NCBI GenBank assembly: GCA_951406725.2
Contig: OX597817.1
Coordinates: 38,998,001-39,062,000 of the forward strand
Direction of reading: 5' to 3'
Length of the DNA: 64,000 nucleotides
Source: Octopus vulgaris
Lineage: Eukaryota
The notes below the pieces were generated by a model. That model did no database searches, was not told the DNA's origin, and saw only the letters and a list, made by a program, of their open reading frames with translations. The translations under genes and the position numbers were made by a program. Of the stretch, positions 26,927-41,066 are shown piece by piece (within the stretch, counting starts at the first letter, position 1; each line of letters starts with the position of its first letter).

Positions 26927-29900
26927 GAATTTCTTCCAGTTTCTATCTACTAAATCCACTCACAAGGCTTTGGTCATCCTGGGGCTATAGCAGAAGACAC
27001 ATGCCTAAGGTGTAGCACAGTGTGGAACTGATCCCAAGACCAGATGGTCAGTAAACAAGCTTCCCAACAACATAGCCAACCTGCACCTGTAATTAATTGT
27101 GTAATAAACAAGTGCTTTGTTAGTTGGCAACATTAAGCTCAAATACTTCCATATGTTTAGTCAATAGTGCCTAATGGTAACAAAATGGATTATTTATCTT
27201 ATTTATCACCATTCTCATAACATGATTTGATTAATGCTTAGTTTCAATTGTCATTAAAACTTTGAGGGAATATGAAAGCATGAATGAAGGAGCTCCAGAA
27301 ATTTATAAGTCTCTAAAGTGGTTGGTATTAGGCTCATGAAGCTAGACATTGTATGAATGGTAGCAGGATGGAAAGAGACAAATCTAACAGAAAACTAAAA
27401 TGGTAGAAGTAGGGGTAAAACTGATTTACCAGGACAAAGGAAAGAAAATAATTAAAATTTAGTTTGAAATATTTGCAAGTTATTTTCATTAAATGCTTCT
27501 GAAGATTAAATATTTCTAATGATTAACAAAAGAAAATGATTGAGTGGTTAAGAAGATCACTTTGAGACCATATGATTTCAGGTTCAGTCCCACTCTGTGG
27601 CACCTTGAGCAAAGGACTTATACTATTGCCCCAGATCAACCAATTTCTTGTGGGTGAATTTGGTTGATGGAAATTGTGGAGGACCCTTTTATGTGTGTGT
27701 GTGTGTGTGTGTGTGAGGTGCATTTGATTGTGTGCATGCATGTACTCTCTCTTTACTCTTTACTCTTTTACTTGTTTCAGTCATTTGACTGTGGCCATGC
27801 TGGAGCACCGCCTTTAGTAGAACAAATTGACCCCTGGACTTATTCTTTGTAAGCCTAGTACTTATTCTATCAGTTCTTTTGCCAAACTGCTAAGTTACGG
27901 GGATGTAAACACACCAGTATCGGTTGTCAGGCGATGTTGAGGGGACAAACACAGACACACAAACATATACACATATATATACATATACATATGTATGACA
28001 GGCTTCTTTCAGTTTCTGTCTACCAAATTCTCTCACAAGGCTTTGGTTGGCCTGAGGCTATAGTAGAAGACACTTGCCCTAGGTGCCACGCAGTGGGACT
28101 GAACCCGGAACCATGTGGTTTGTAAGCAAGCTACTTACCACACAGCCACTCCTACGCCTATGTGTGTATCTGCATGTATCTTTGTATTTGTGTTTGTCCC
28201 CCACCACTGCTTGACAACTGGTGTTAGTTTGTTTACATCTCCTGTATCTTAGTGGTTGGGCAAAAGAAACTGATAGAACATGTTCTAGACTTTAAAATAA
28301 GTAGTAGGGTTGATTTGTTCAACTAAACTCTTCAAGACAGTGCTCCAGCATGGCCATAGTTGAAATACTGAAACAAGTAAAAGAAAAAATATACCTTAAT
28401 AAGGTGGAAGCAAAATGGTTCATTGAATAAGCATTGGATTGGCTAAGAATTCAAATCTATTGGAGGTAATTCCTTGTCTCCCAGTAGGATACTTTTATAT
28501 TCCATATTCCAGTTTAATTATGTCAAAAATCAGTATAAAACTCCTGAGGATGTGTCAGAAGTATAATGGTCAGGTAAGCTTAATAAATTTAGTATCAACA
28601 TTCAGAGTGTTTATAAAAGGATTAACCATTATACAAGATCGTTGAAATGTCACAGTTACTGTTCTGTAGACATGTGATTAGAATGTTGCAGGAAAGGATC
28701 AAAAGACAGGTTCTTCAAGCCAAGCCAACTGGCAGATCTAGGGATAGTCCAAGAGTGGGGTTATTGGAATATATCCTTAGTCTCAGTTGGTCAGTCTTGG
28801 AAATCCAGCAGGAAAGTGTAATGACAGTGGCTTCTGATAGTGGCCTATAGAGGAGGTGCCTAAGGACTTTACTTCCATGATATGCATTTGAATAGTGAGC
28901 AATGAAAATAGATAGATGAGGGAATTTCTATTTACTTATCTCCAAGTCACACTTTTATTGTTTATTTTGGTAATTGGTACATTTCCATTGAGCATTATGT
29001 AAATAATATAAAATGTTATAAATGTTACATGTTATAATATAATCATCATTATTTAATATCCATGCTATATTTTCCATGCTGCCACATCTTGGATGGTCCA
29101 ACAGGAACTGATGAGGCAAAGGATTGCTCTGAGCTCCAATATCTGCTTTGGCATGGTTTCTATGGCTGGATGCCCTTCCTAACACCATTTTACAAGGTGT
29201 ACCAGATGCTTTTTTCATGGCACAGGCACTAGGGAAATCAACAAGTAACTCACAAGATAAAAACCCTTTAACTAAATGAGAGTGTAGTTTTAAGGGTGGT
29301 GGCTTTATGTCAGTTGTTGAGAGGTTAAAATATGATTGAGAGATAGGAGCAGGTGTTTTGCTGAAGAGATGATACATGGCTTCCCCAGCTGGAAAGAGAG
29401 AAAAAAAGAGATTATGAATATTCTCTATGTTCCTCACTCTAGCATATCTAGAGTGTGTGCCGCCCTTGGTGGCCCTGCTGTTTTGCCACCCCCAGACCCC
29501 ACAAAAAGCGCATATTGCCTACAGCAAACCCAACAGTGGTGCTCCTTTATAAGTGCTGCCTGGGGTGGACCACTCATATTGCTCCCCACTCCTAACTACG
29601 CTAGTAGTTCCTCATTGGATATAGATGTCTAGTAAAGTTGACTGTTTTACCTCAAAATGTTTGTTTTTGTATTTGATATATTATAAAGGTAATATAACAT
29701 TTTTTTCAAGGAGTTTCTCAGTGAATTGTACATCTTCCTTGTGGACGAGATGAATATAGCCCTCAATAAATTCCTTAATATACAAGATCAACCTTCTGTC
29801 CCTGAACCATTGGCAGATACAATTCAGCTAAAACAGTTTGCAGAAGAGGCAGAAATGAATGGAAATATGACCTTAGCTTCTCAATATCATGAAGAGGTAT

Positions 29901-32900
29901 GTGTTATTTTATCTAGTCTAAATAATGTAACTCTTATAAGGCCTAAGTTAATATCCAATCTTTCTACAATCAATAGGTCCAATAATTATTTACATTATTT
30001 TATTGTTATTTTTTGATCCAATATTTCTTTTTGTTAGTTTGAACTATTGTTCTTTTGTTATTTCTATATTCATGTCTTTATCTCTCTTTATCCATTCAGC
30101 TGGCCATCTTGTGTATTTATTTATCTCTCTGCTGTGCTGTATTTATTTGTCAATTATGCATCTTTGTAAGAAGGAAATAATATTTGAAATTTATATTTTC
30201 AGCGCATAATCAAAGACAGAAATTATCCACAGCATTGGATAGATTATGCAGTATTCTGCTTGGGCTGCATGGATTATGACAAGGTAGGATTAACAAATAT
30301 ATGAAGTTAGTCCAAAAAGAAACCAACATTTTAAAAAAGACAATTACAATTTAATCAGACTTGCCTCCTTCAAAATAGTTCTCTCATTTCTTAATCCACT
30401 GCTCCTCCAGGTTTTATTATTTTTGGAAATGTCCTGGAATATCTTTCCATATCTGAAATCGAAATCGAAATCAAATTCGATGACTAAGAGTACCATACGA
30501 GTGAGATCATTGCCAGAGCAACAAGCTGGCCTCTGTGCTGATGGCACGTAAAAAAATACCATTCGAGCATGATTGTTACCTGCATTGCCTTACTGGCACT
30601 TGTGCTGGTGGAAAGTGAAAAAACACTCAAGCGAGGTCGTTGCCAGTGCCGCCGGACTGGCTCCTGTGCAGGTGGCACATAGAAATACACCATTTGAGCA
30701 TGACCGTTGCCAGTACCACCTGACTGGCCCTCGTGTCGGTGGCACGTAAAAGCACCCACTACACTCTCGGAGTGGTTGGCGTTAGGAAGGGCATCTAGCT
30801 GTAGAACTTCTGCCAGATCAGATTGGAGTCTGGTGCAGCCATCTGGTTCGCCAGACCTCAGTCAAATCATTCAACCCATGCTAGCATGGAAAGCAGACGT
30901 TAAACAACAATGATGATGATGATGATGTTACAACATTTATCAGAAAATTATTATCAGCATTCAAACAACCAAATAGCTCCTAACTGACTGTAAATCAGTT
31001 TTCTTTCTCATCATTTTTCAGCAGTTAAACAAATTTTGCAGCAACACAATTCATTTTAGAGAACACCCATGTTTAGGTGGTGATAAACATTACTTCTCAC
31101 TATATATACTACTTTTATCTCTTATAGAGATTTTCTTAACAAGCTACTTTACTTGTTGCAAGATCTGTGACTGTGTGTCACTTATTTTCTATATATTGCA
31201 AGCTGGGGTGAACAACTGCTTTGTCAAGCAGACCGGTGTCCATCACTGAGGATGACCACGATAAGGTTGAAACCGCACAGCCTGGTAGTCTCAATAGCTG
31301 GAATAGTAGGGAGTCATTTCTCCACTTGCAGTATATATCGAGTGCGGAGTGCACTGAATAACCAGCTGGGAGAAGCATCCTCCCGAGGTTAAAATAGCAG
31401 GATTGTCTGTTCTTAGAGAACACCCATGTTTAGGTGGCAATAAACATTACTTCTCAGTATAGAGACTGCTTTTGTTTCCTATAGAGATTTTCTCAACAAA
31501 CTAGTAACAATTCTTTTTTTTTTCTTCTCAAAAAAATCATAAGTAACAGACTTTTAGAGAAGTTCATAGAAATTCCACAGACAGACGAGTGATGATCTTC
31601 ATGGATCACAGTATGCATTTTCCAAATGTGATTGACAATTATTGTGGAAGGTCCTTTTAAATTGGGATCATCTTTAGTAGATGTTCTTTCTGATTTGAAA
31701 AGCTGGTACTACTTGTGATGTATAAATGACTCAAGTAATCTTCCTTCTAAAAGAACACATAATGTTGTTCTCCCTATAATTATAACATTAGAAAAGTCTC
31801 TGTAAAAGTTTTCCTCAATTTGAAAGAGTATTTTACACAAACAGGTTGCTCCTCCAAATCCTTCATTGTTTGAATCACCGAGTGTATTAAACAATACATC
31901 TAGTACTTAGAGACTGACAGCTGGCATGCTATGACATGATTAATATTAGACTGAAAGTCAAGTTTAACTATACCATTTTTAGTAGCATTAAAAACATATT
32001 TTAGAATTTGTAAATGAAATGAAAAAATGACTTTGCATAAAGTGCTCCTCTTACAGGCTGTCAATGAAAAGGATGATTGTTTTTCACTATAATCCTTCTT
32101 GACTGCCTCACTAGTCTGAATAGTACATTCTCAATAATGAACTACTTCATTCCATTCCTTAGAACTTGTTATTCTCTTCTTTGCGAATAGTGAATCATAC
32201 CATTTTTTATGCAACCTTTTATATTTTAATTTTATTCATGGCTAGTGAAATAGAAAAAATACACAGTACTATAGCCAAATACACTCACTGGCAAGTTACC
32301 ATACTATTTTAAAAGTTTGGTTTCTTTTTGGACAACCTTTGTCAATGTAATTAAATATTATAATTCATTTATATAATATGAAGTCCAATTGGATTTATTT
32401 ATTTCCAATAATAATACTGTTGTCATCATTGGTATCGATGCTATTAATACTGAGGTTGTGAATTTCTTCCTTTTTTTCTTTCTTTCTTTCTTTTTTTTTT
32501 TTTTGACAGTATTACTACTCGAATTAAGAAGTAGTGACACTGAAAATAACTTTAATTCTTAGACAGATTCTCATGGTAAAAGGAAAGTGAGAGAGAAACT
32601 TCTTAAAATAATATTTTCTCTCTGGCAAAAATTGATTTGGGCGGTATTAAATTAAAATAGCCATCTAGCAACCATACTCAATGTATACTCCCTATTGATA
32701 GGCCAGCAACTGCACTATTTGTTCTGAGATAACAGACTATATACATTAAACATGATGTGTAGATGGCTCTTAAATATTTTCTCGGTTGTTTTGTGTAACA
32801 TTTGGAAATTTACTTCTAAGATTTCTTTGCTTGTCTTTAATAGTTTTTAATTTACTTTGTAACTTTTACAGATGAAATATTTGAATAATTTCCCACTGTT

Positions 32901-33052
32901 GTTATTTTATCCATTATGGGATGAGATTTATAGTTCATGTAAATTGTTAACAGTATTATATTGGGTTGGCAACTAAATTCCTTCCGTTCTTTTAAATTCT
33001 GGAATTTTTTTTTTTTTTGCTGATATACTTCTTTGGGAGTAGAGTCAGGTAG

Positions 33053-33096
<44 letters not shown>

Positions 33097-36000
33097 TGAT
33101 ATGGACATAAGATATAATGAAAATGAATTGTGAACTTAGTGAAGAAAGGTTGTTGTTACTCCCTTGTGTTCATGTCAAGTATATTTGATTTTGACTCAGT
33201 TTGTGTAGCTGTACATAGATTCCAAGAGAAGGTATGGTTCACTGCTGCTGTTGGTATCAAAGTTGTTCACATATAATTTAATAAGTTTGTCTTCAGTTTC
33301 CATTGCTAATTTTAAATCTTTCCATGAGTCAGGAGAAGTCAATGATAAGCCATTCTAATGTATGCTATCTTGATTTGAAGATGAAATTTTTATTGGGCCT
33401 CCAATCATTAATTAGACTATCGAACTATTCTATTGTTATAGTCGTTGTCATTTGACGTCTATGTGTGCCATGCTGACTTAGGAATATTGGTTTGACAGAA
33501 TCAAACAGGATCAAAGACTACATTATGCTCCAGTATCTGCTTTGACATGATTTCTTTGGTTGGACGCCTTTCCTAACACCAATCCTTTTGCAGCATGTAC
33601 TGGGTGTTTTTTTACATGGCACCAGCATTAGTGAGATCACCAAGCAACTTGCAAGACTGAGATCCCTTTCAAATAAGAGGAGCTATTGAAGAGCAGTATG
33701 TGATTTTCTGCTAGGAGGCCAGTGGTTAAAGTATGAGAAAAAGGGCCAGAAAGAGAATAGGTTTCTTACTGTAGAGGTGCTATATGGTTACTTGCATTAT
33801 AGAAGAGAGAGAGGGGGGGGAGAGAGAGTGGGAATGATAAGACAGAGCTAGAAAAAGAGATAAAATAGTAGTGATGAGGATGAAACCTCATGGTAGTTAA
33901 CAATAATGTGATTCAATATTCTTATGCTTGTAAGAATCTTCATTTTCTTAGAGATAAATAGTTAAAATATTTTGTAATATTAGCTAGAAACTGGAAAAAA
34001 GTTATCACATCTTACCTAATCTTAATGTGTAATGTGACATCCATTCTTTTTTCAATCCAGTGTTGGCCACCCATCTCTAGATCAAACTGTTGCTGAATAT
34101 TTTTTCTTTCATAAGATTTTGAACTTGTGTCAGAATAATTTCTATCTGATAAATTAATAGATCTAATTTCTTTTGATTATAAGGCAGAGCAATGTGCCAG
34201 AGAATGTATTGCTATTGACCAACAGAATCATGATGGGTATGTAAACACTTATTGATTAGCTAATTTATTTCTTCTTTAATGATTCAACAGCCTAAAACTT
34301 ACTGGTTATTATTTACGGACTATAAAGTAGGTCTTAAGTAGTGCAGGCATGTGTGTATGTATGTATGTATGTATGTATGTATGTATGTATCTATGTATGT
34401 ATGTATGTATGTATGTATGTATGTATGTATGTATGTATGTATGTGTGTGTGTGTTTGTGTGTGTGTATGTATATATATATATACTGGAAGGTTATGCTAA
34501 AAGGATTTTTTAATCATCTGTAAGTAACAACAAATTTGATTAATTTATGCGTTACATTACTTAAATGTGTTGAAATCATTGAAGTCAAGTTCTTCTAGAC
34601 TTGTGTGGTAGTAAATGTTCTGATGATACAATCCTCTTAGAGTAATTCTATCACCACAGAACAAAACAGATCCTGTATTTGTGTGAACATTAGTTAGAGA
34701 ATTGACATGAAAGCTATAGGAAATAATTTAGCTTTATTAAAAGATGTGAAGCTTTATTAAAAGATGGTGTTTCTTTTAAAATTTCGTTTCAGGTTGCTAC
34801 TTGTTGGTATTTTGTCTGGCTTTAAAAATCTTTATGAGGTGGGTGAGACTTTCTTTGAAGCAGCATTAGCAATTTATCCAGAAAGTATTCTTGGATGGAC
34901 ACTCTTAGGTAAGTTTCTTCTTTTACTCAGTTTTGAAAATACTTCTGCTGCCTTCTCTTCCTCCTCCACATGAAAAATGCCCTGTGGCCTAAATATTTGA
35001 CTAAACCCTTGAATGTGGTATACCCAGTTTGGTCATATTCCAATAACTATGACCAGTTAAAGAATGAAAGAACACACATACACACACAAGAATATCTTTA
35101 TGGCATATCATCTCAGACTCTAAGACTTGTTGGGCTATGGCTTCTTTAAAGTGCGGAGGGGGAAACCCAGGGTAATCCTATATACAGTCTTCACCAGTAA
35201 TAAATATAGACTGCTCTACTTCTTAGAGTGTGCTTCTTCTCTGTTTTTATGTTTTTCTGTCAGTAAGGTGAGGGTTGGCAACGAGTACAGTGAAGAATTC
35301 CGGGTAGAGGTAGGGGTCCACCAAGGTTCAGTCCTCAGCTCCCTCCTATTTATCTTAGTCCTCCAAGCAATAACAGAAGAATTCAAGACAGGCTGCCCCT
35401 GGGAGCTCCTCTATGCTGACAACCTTGCTCTAATTGCTGAGTCACTATCAGAACTCGAGAAGTTTCAGGTGTGGAAACAAGGATTAGAATTGAAGGGGCT
35501 TAGAGTCAACCTAGCTAAAACCAAAGTCCTAATAAGTAGGAAGGCAGGCAAACCACAAATACCAACCACCCTACGCTGACATAGGAAATGGACATAAAAT
35601 GGATGATAATGATGATGAGTATATTTGTGTGTGTGTGTGTGTGTGTACATGTGTACGTGTGTACATGGTGATGATGTATGGGATATTTTTGTATGGACGT
35701 TTTTAAGCCTGCAGTTTCCTCCTTAATATATGCAATAGGAAGTAACATTATACCAAAGTGTTTCTACATATTTTTCCTCTTCTGCTTTTTATTATCCTTA
35801 ATTAAGTCTCAGAAGTATTAATCATTTATCATTATCATGATTATTCAATACTAGCAGAGATATTCAAAGCAGCAGAAAAATGTGCTGGATATTTTACTTG
35901 ATATATTAAGAGGGAGATGGTTAAAAAGGAAACAATCAAAAGCAAATGCAATCCTTGGAAAATTTAAAGAAACACCTAAATAACTAAACGATAAACCATC

Positions 36001-36742
36001 TAGACTGTTGTTTTATTTGTCTCAGCTCTTTCATATGCTAAATAATATCTTTCTTATTTTTGGCACTTGGCCAGCAGTTTTGAGGGGAGTAGGTAAATCA
36101 ATTACATCAATCCCCAGTACTCAACTGTTATTATTGACTCTGAAAGAATGAAAGACAAAGTCAATCTTGGCAGCATTTGAATTCAGAATGTAAAGAGCTG
36201 GAAGAAATGCAACCAAATGTTTAGACTGACATACTAAAGATTTTGCAAGCTCTCCACCCTACCACTGTTAACATGTTTTTTTTTTTTGCTTGATTCTTTG
36301 CTTGTTTGTAGGACTTCTTTATGACGGAGCAGCTAATGAAATGAGAGCAGAAATGGCTTTTCATGAAGCAGAACGTTTAAATGTTGCTCAAACTGTAGCA
36401 GAGGCTCATAAGAAGAAAGTGGAAAATGAGCCTAATGGTGAAGAGGAATCTCAACTGAGCAGCCTTGATAAAGAAGAAGTCATAGAGGAATCAAAGTCTG
36501 AAAGACAGAACAGCAGATTTCTAGGTTAGAGCCACAACATCATATCTACACAGATAATTCACATGCAAATTAATTGTATTTACTTATGTAACATGTGTAT
36601 GTGTGTGTGTGTATGTGTGTGTATGGGTGTATATATGTATGCATGTATATATGTGTATATATATATATGTGTACATATTACATGTACATCTATATATATA
36701 TATATATATATACATCTACACATATACAACTATACATATACA

Positions 36743-36786
<44 letters not shown>

Positions 36787-37086
36787 TTAGTGAATTTAAG
36801 AAATGGAGTTGAACGAAGATTGAACAGAAATCGTTTTATTTCATTCTACACGTGTTTCGAAAGGCACAATTTCCCAAATTCCGATTGAATAATGAGACCA
36901 TATTGTGCCTTTCACTTCAGGAAATTCACTAATAATATTAAAATTCAATTATCCGCACCAACGCACGGTTGCAACAACATATGGTTGTACCTCCAACCGT
37001 GCTGTCTTCTGCTGTGATTTTTGCTACCAAGGTATCGATTAAACTTTTGATTAATCTGCAACAAGATTATTCATCTTTCTATTTCA

Positions 37087-37159
<73 letters not shown>

Positions 37160-40100
37160 CTATTATTATTATATATATATACTAGCAGTATCGCCCGGCG
37201 TTGCTCGGGTTTGTAAGGGAAATAACTATAGAAGCATTTTTAGAGAGTTACTTCCCTTATATATGCCAAAAATGCATAAAAAATTGGAAAAATTGATGGT
37301 AAATTTTTTTTTTAAATCGTAGACTCATCGTAGACGTGCGCTAATACCCAGAAGGGCTCGATATGAATCACGACTATAAGATACCTGGTTTTGGTTAAAC
37401 TGCACCGCAAAATGTGGGAGTAGTTAGGAATCTAAATCCTAGGAGACAGACAGCACACAACCTCACTTTTATATATAAAGATACTAGCAGTATCACCCGG
37501 CGTTGCTCGGGTTTGTAAGGGAAATAACTATATAAGCATTTTTAGAGAGTTATAGCCAAAAAATAGCAAAAAATGCATTAAAAATGGAAAAAAAATGATG
37601 GTGAATTTTTTTAAAAATCGTTGACTCATCGTAGACATTTTTAGAGAGTTACTTCCCTTATACAATAGCGAAAAAATGCATTAAAATGAAAAAAATGATG
37701 GTAAATTTTTTTAAAATCGTAGACTCATTGTAAATGCGCGCTAATACCCAGAAGGGCTCGATATGAATCACAACTATAAGATACCCGGTTTTGGTTAAAC
37801 TGCACCGCAAAATGTGGGACTAGTTAGGAATCTAAATCGTAGGAGACAGACACACAACTTCACTTTTATATATAAAGATATATATGTATATATATACATT
37901 TGTGCAGATGTATACATATATATATATATATATAAACATAATATATATATATATATAAACATAATATATATATATATTATATATGTATGTATACCTGTAT
38001 ATATGTGAGATAATAATTTCATTTTAATAGTTTCAGTATTAAAGTGAAACTATTAAAGTGAAAATATCTGACATTACAAGTCTTTCTCCTGGAGTAAAGA
38101 TTGTTTGCCAACATAATATGGCAGTCCTGGTTTAGGACAAATGTTGCTGTATTTACACAGATATTGTTTTGAGCTGAGTTGGGATGCTAGATTCCCTTGT
38201 TCAAAAATACAAGGACACAGATCGTGTCGTATAGCCAGCTGGAGACGATGTCTCCTGGGGCTAAATTACGGCAACATTCGTCCTAAACCAGGACTGCCAT
38301 GTTATTTTGGCAATCTTTACTCCAAAGTACTGTTGCTGAATATCTCTTGTTGTGAGATTTAAAAATTGTAATTTTCTAAGTCTTTCTCCTATTTCTAATT
38401 TTTCCTTTATTGTTATCATGATTATTATTAATGCTGTTGATATTTCCTATCATTGTTGTTGTTCCTAGTATTACTATTATTGAAATTTTCAGCATTACCA
38501 TTATTTCTTATATCATTTTTATAGCTTAGTTAAGTTAGAAATAGATTTAAGTAAATTCTTTGTTTCTCATCTTTTGTTTGAATAGTTGAATAAAGATATA
38601 TTTAAAAAAAAATTTAATTGCTGACAAAAGAATATCACACTTTTAATTTGTCTAATGCTCAGTTAATAGACCAACTTTTAACAGGCATGTTTGTTTCTGT
38701 TTTAGTTTATTTATTTTACATTGATCTATTTTGGTTTTTAATGTGGCTTTTTTAAACCTAACATTTTGAATAATATTTATAAATGTTTTGTTTCTTCTTA
38801 AAAAACAAATTCTTCACATCATAAAATTTATATACCTTTGGCTATGTCATGCTGAGGATTTCTAAAAAGAATGAAATAATATCATGATTACCAATTACTA
38901 GAAATTTAAATTTCATTTTTGTATTTAGTTTGCAAGATTCTTTGTGTGAATTCGTGTGTTGAAGCATATTTTATTGTGTCTGTAGTGACTCATTGTTTTA
39001 ATGCCTTATTAACACACTCACCAGTTCAAAATTTTAAGACCTTCATAATAAGTAAGCAATAACAAAATGTATAAATAACAATATGTGTATTCTATACATC
39101 TTTTTCCTTGTTCCTTAATTTCAAATTCAAATTTGTAATTCTACCAAATATTATCTCCTTTGTAATATCTTTCACATATTTTATCAATGATTATTTCAAA
39201 AGAATATTTTGTATTTAATAAATTTCTTTAGGAATTCGACCTGATATCAGAGTCAAATCTGAATTGTCAAACCTGAGTCAAATAGAGGAAGATTACTTTT
39301 CAACAAATGAACCAGAACCTGAATTCAGTATATACATGATCACAGCAGAATGGTTGATTAAACTTAAAGTTTTCAGAGTAATTAAACATTTTTTCTTTTT
39401 TTTTTTATTATTTTTGTCTCATTCTATCATCTGTAGATAACTATGTATAACTATGAGAAATTTCTTTAAACTTTTTGTCACCATTTCTCTGTTGAGATAC
39501 TCTGCCACCTTTGTTTCAAATCACATTTCTCAACCTGACTAGCAGATGTCATTATACACCACTAGTCACAATGTTCTTCCAATTCTCTCTTCAGTGTGCC
39601 TGGGATCATCCCAAGTTAGTGGTCCCAGCATCATCATTGTGCATAGAGCCAACCAGGTTTCTCTGTGTCCACCAGGATGATGTTGAGCTTCTGGAGATCT
39701 TCCTTAATCATGTCCAGCCATCTAGTGCGGGGCCTGACATGGGGCCTCTTCTAACCTGCAGCTGCTGCACTGTAAGGTTCTGGCAGGAGGATCTTGTGAG
39801 AGGCAGAAGACATGTCCATAAAAGTGCGTGTGGCAGATGGCTTTGAGGCAGGATGTTACAGGCTATGCCTTCTTTGAAACAAATCTATCTGTCAATTATA
39901 TTAGTATAATACAAAGTATTAACAGTAAATTCCTGTAGTGTAAATAATCTGTCACACTGGAAAGGAGATGCTAAAAGAATTAAAAGAAAGTGTGCAACAA
40001 TGAGAGAGAGAGAAAAGGACAGAGAGAGAGAGAGAGAAAAGGAGTGAGAGATTCAAATGAATGCTACTAGCATTTGCATACATACACACACACACACTAA

Positions 40101-40673
40101 TGAATACTATTGGTGCACACACATTTACGCACTGAGACATACACACAACCATTAGCTGTGTGTTTGTATATGTGTGTGTGTGGCAGATTAGATGGTATGA
40201 GTATATGTGCACTTACCATTAGTATTTGTATGGATGGGAAGTAAAAGGAGACTTTTACGAGAAATCTTGTTTATCCTCAAGTTATAAATAAGTAAAATAT
40301 TCCATTTCAGCATTTGTTCAATTAGTTGACTTATTTTGTTGCATTGTATATATGTAATTAAGTACTGTATATCAGTGGTTACAATTGTGAGTTCAATTCC
40401 TGGACTGGGGTCTGTACATTGTGTTCTTGAGCAAGACACTTTATATCACATTGCTCCAGTTCACTCAGCTGAGTTGCGACATCACTGGTTCCAAGCTGTA
40501 TCAGCCTTTGCCTTTCCCTTGGTCAACATCAGTGGCATGAAGAGGAGAGGCCAGTATGCATGGATGACTGCTGGTCTTTCACAAACAACCTTGTCCAGAC
40601 TTTTACCTCAGAGAGGAACTTTTTAGGTGCAATCCCATGGTCATATGTGACCAAAGGAGATCTTTACTCCTTC

Positions 40674-40708
<35 letters not shown>

Positions 40709-41035
40709 TAAAATTAAAATGAGGGTGAAAAATTGGATATTAATTTGATAACATCAATTTAACACCGGTAGTCTAGCGTATTAAAAAACTGAGGTTCAGT
40801 AAATAGTGTTACATACATATGAGAGGGATTACCACTATGTGGACACCCTAATGCTAGAAGTATATCTGCTATAGATTAATCTATATTTTTGTTACTTTTC
40901 ATTTGTCTTGCTCGCTTACGTTTCTGGTGCTTGCTAAATTTTTCTAGAGAACGTTTCTTAGTGGTAAGACCATAGCGGATCTACTTCTAGCATTAGGGTG
41001 TCCACATAGTGGTCATCCCTCACATATGTAAGTAA

Positions 41036-41066
<31 letters not shown>

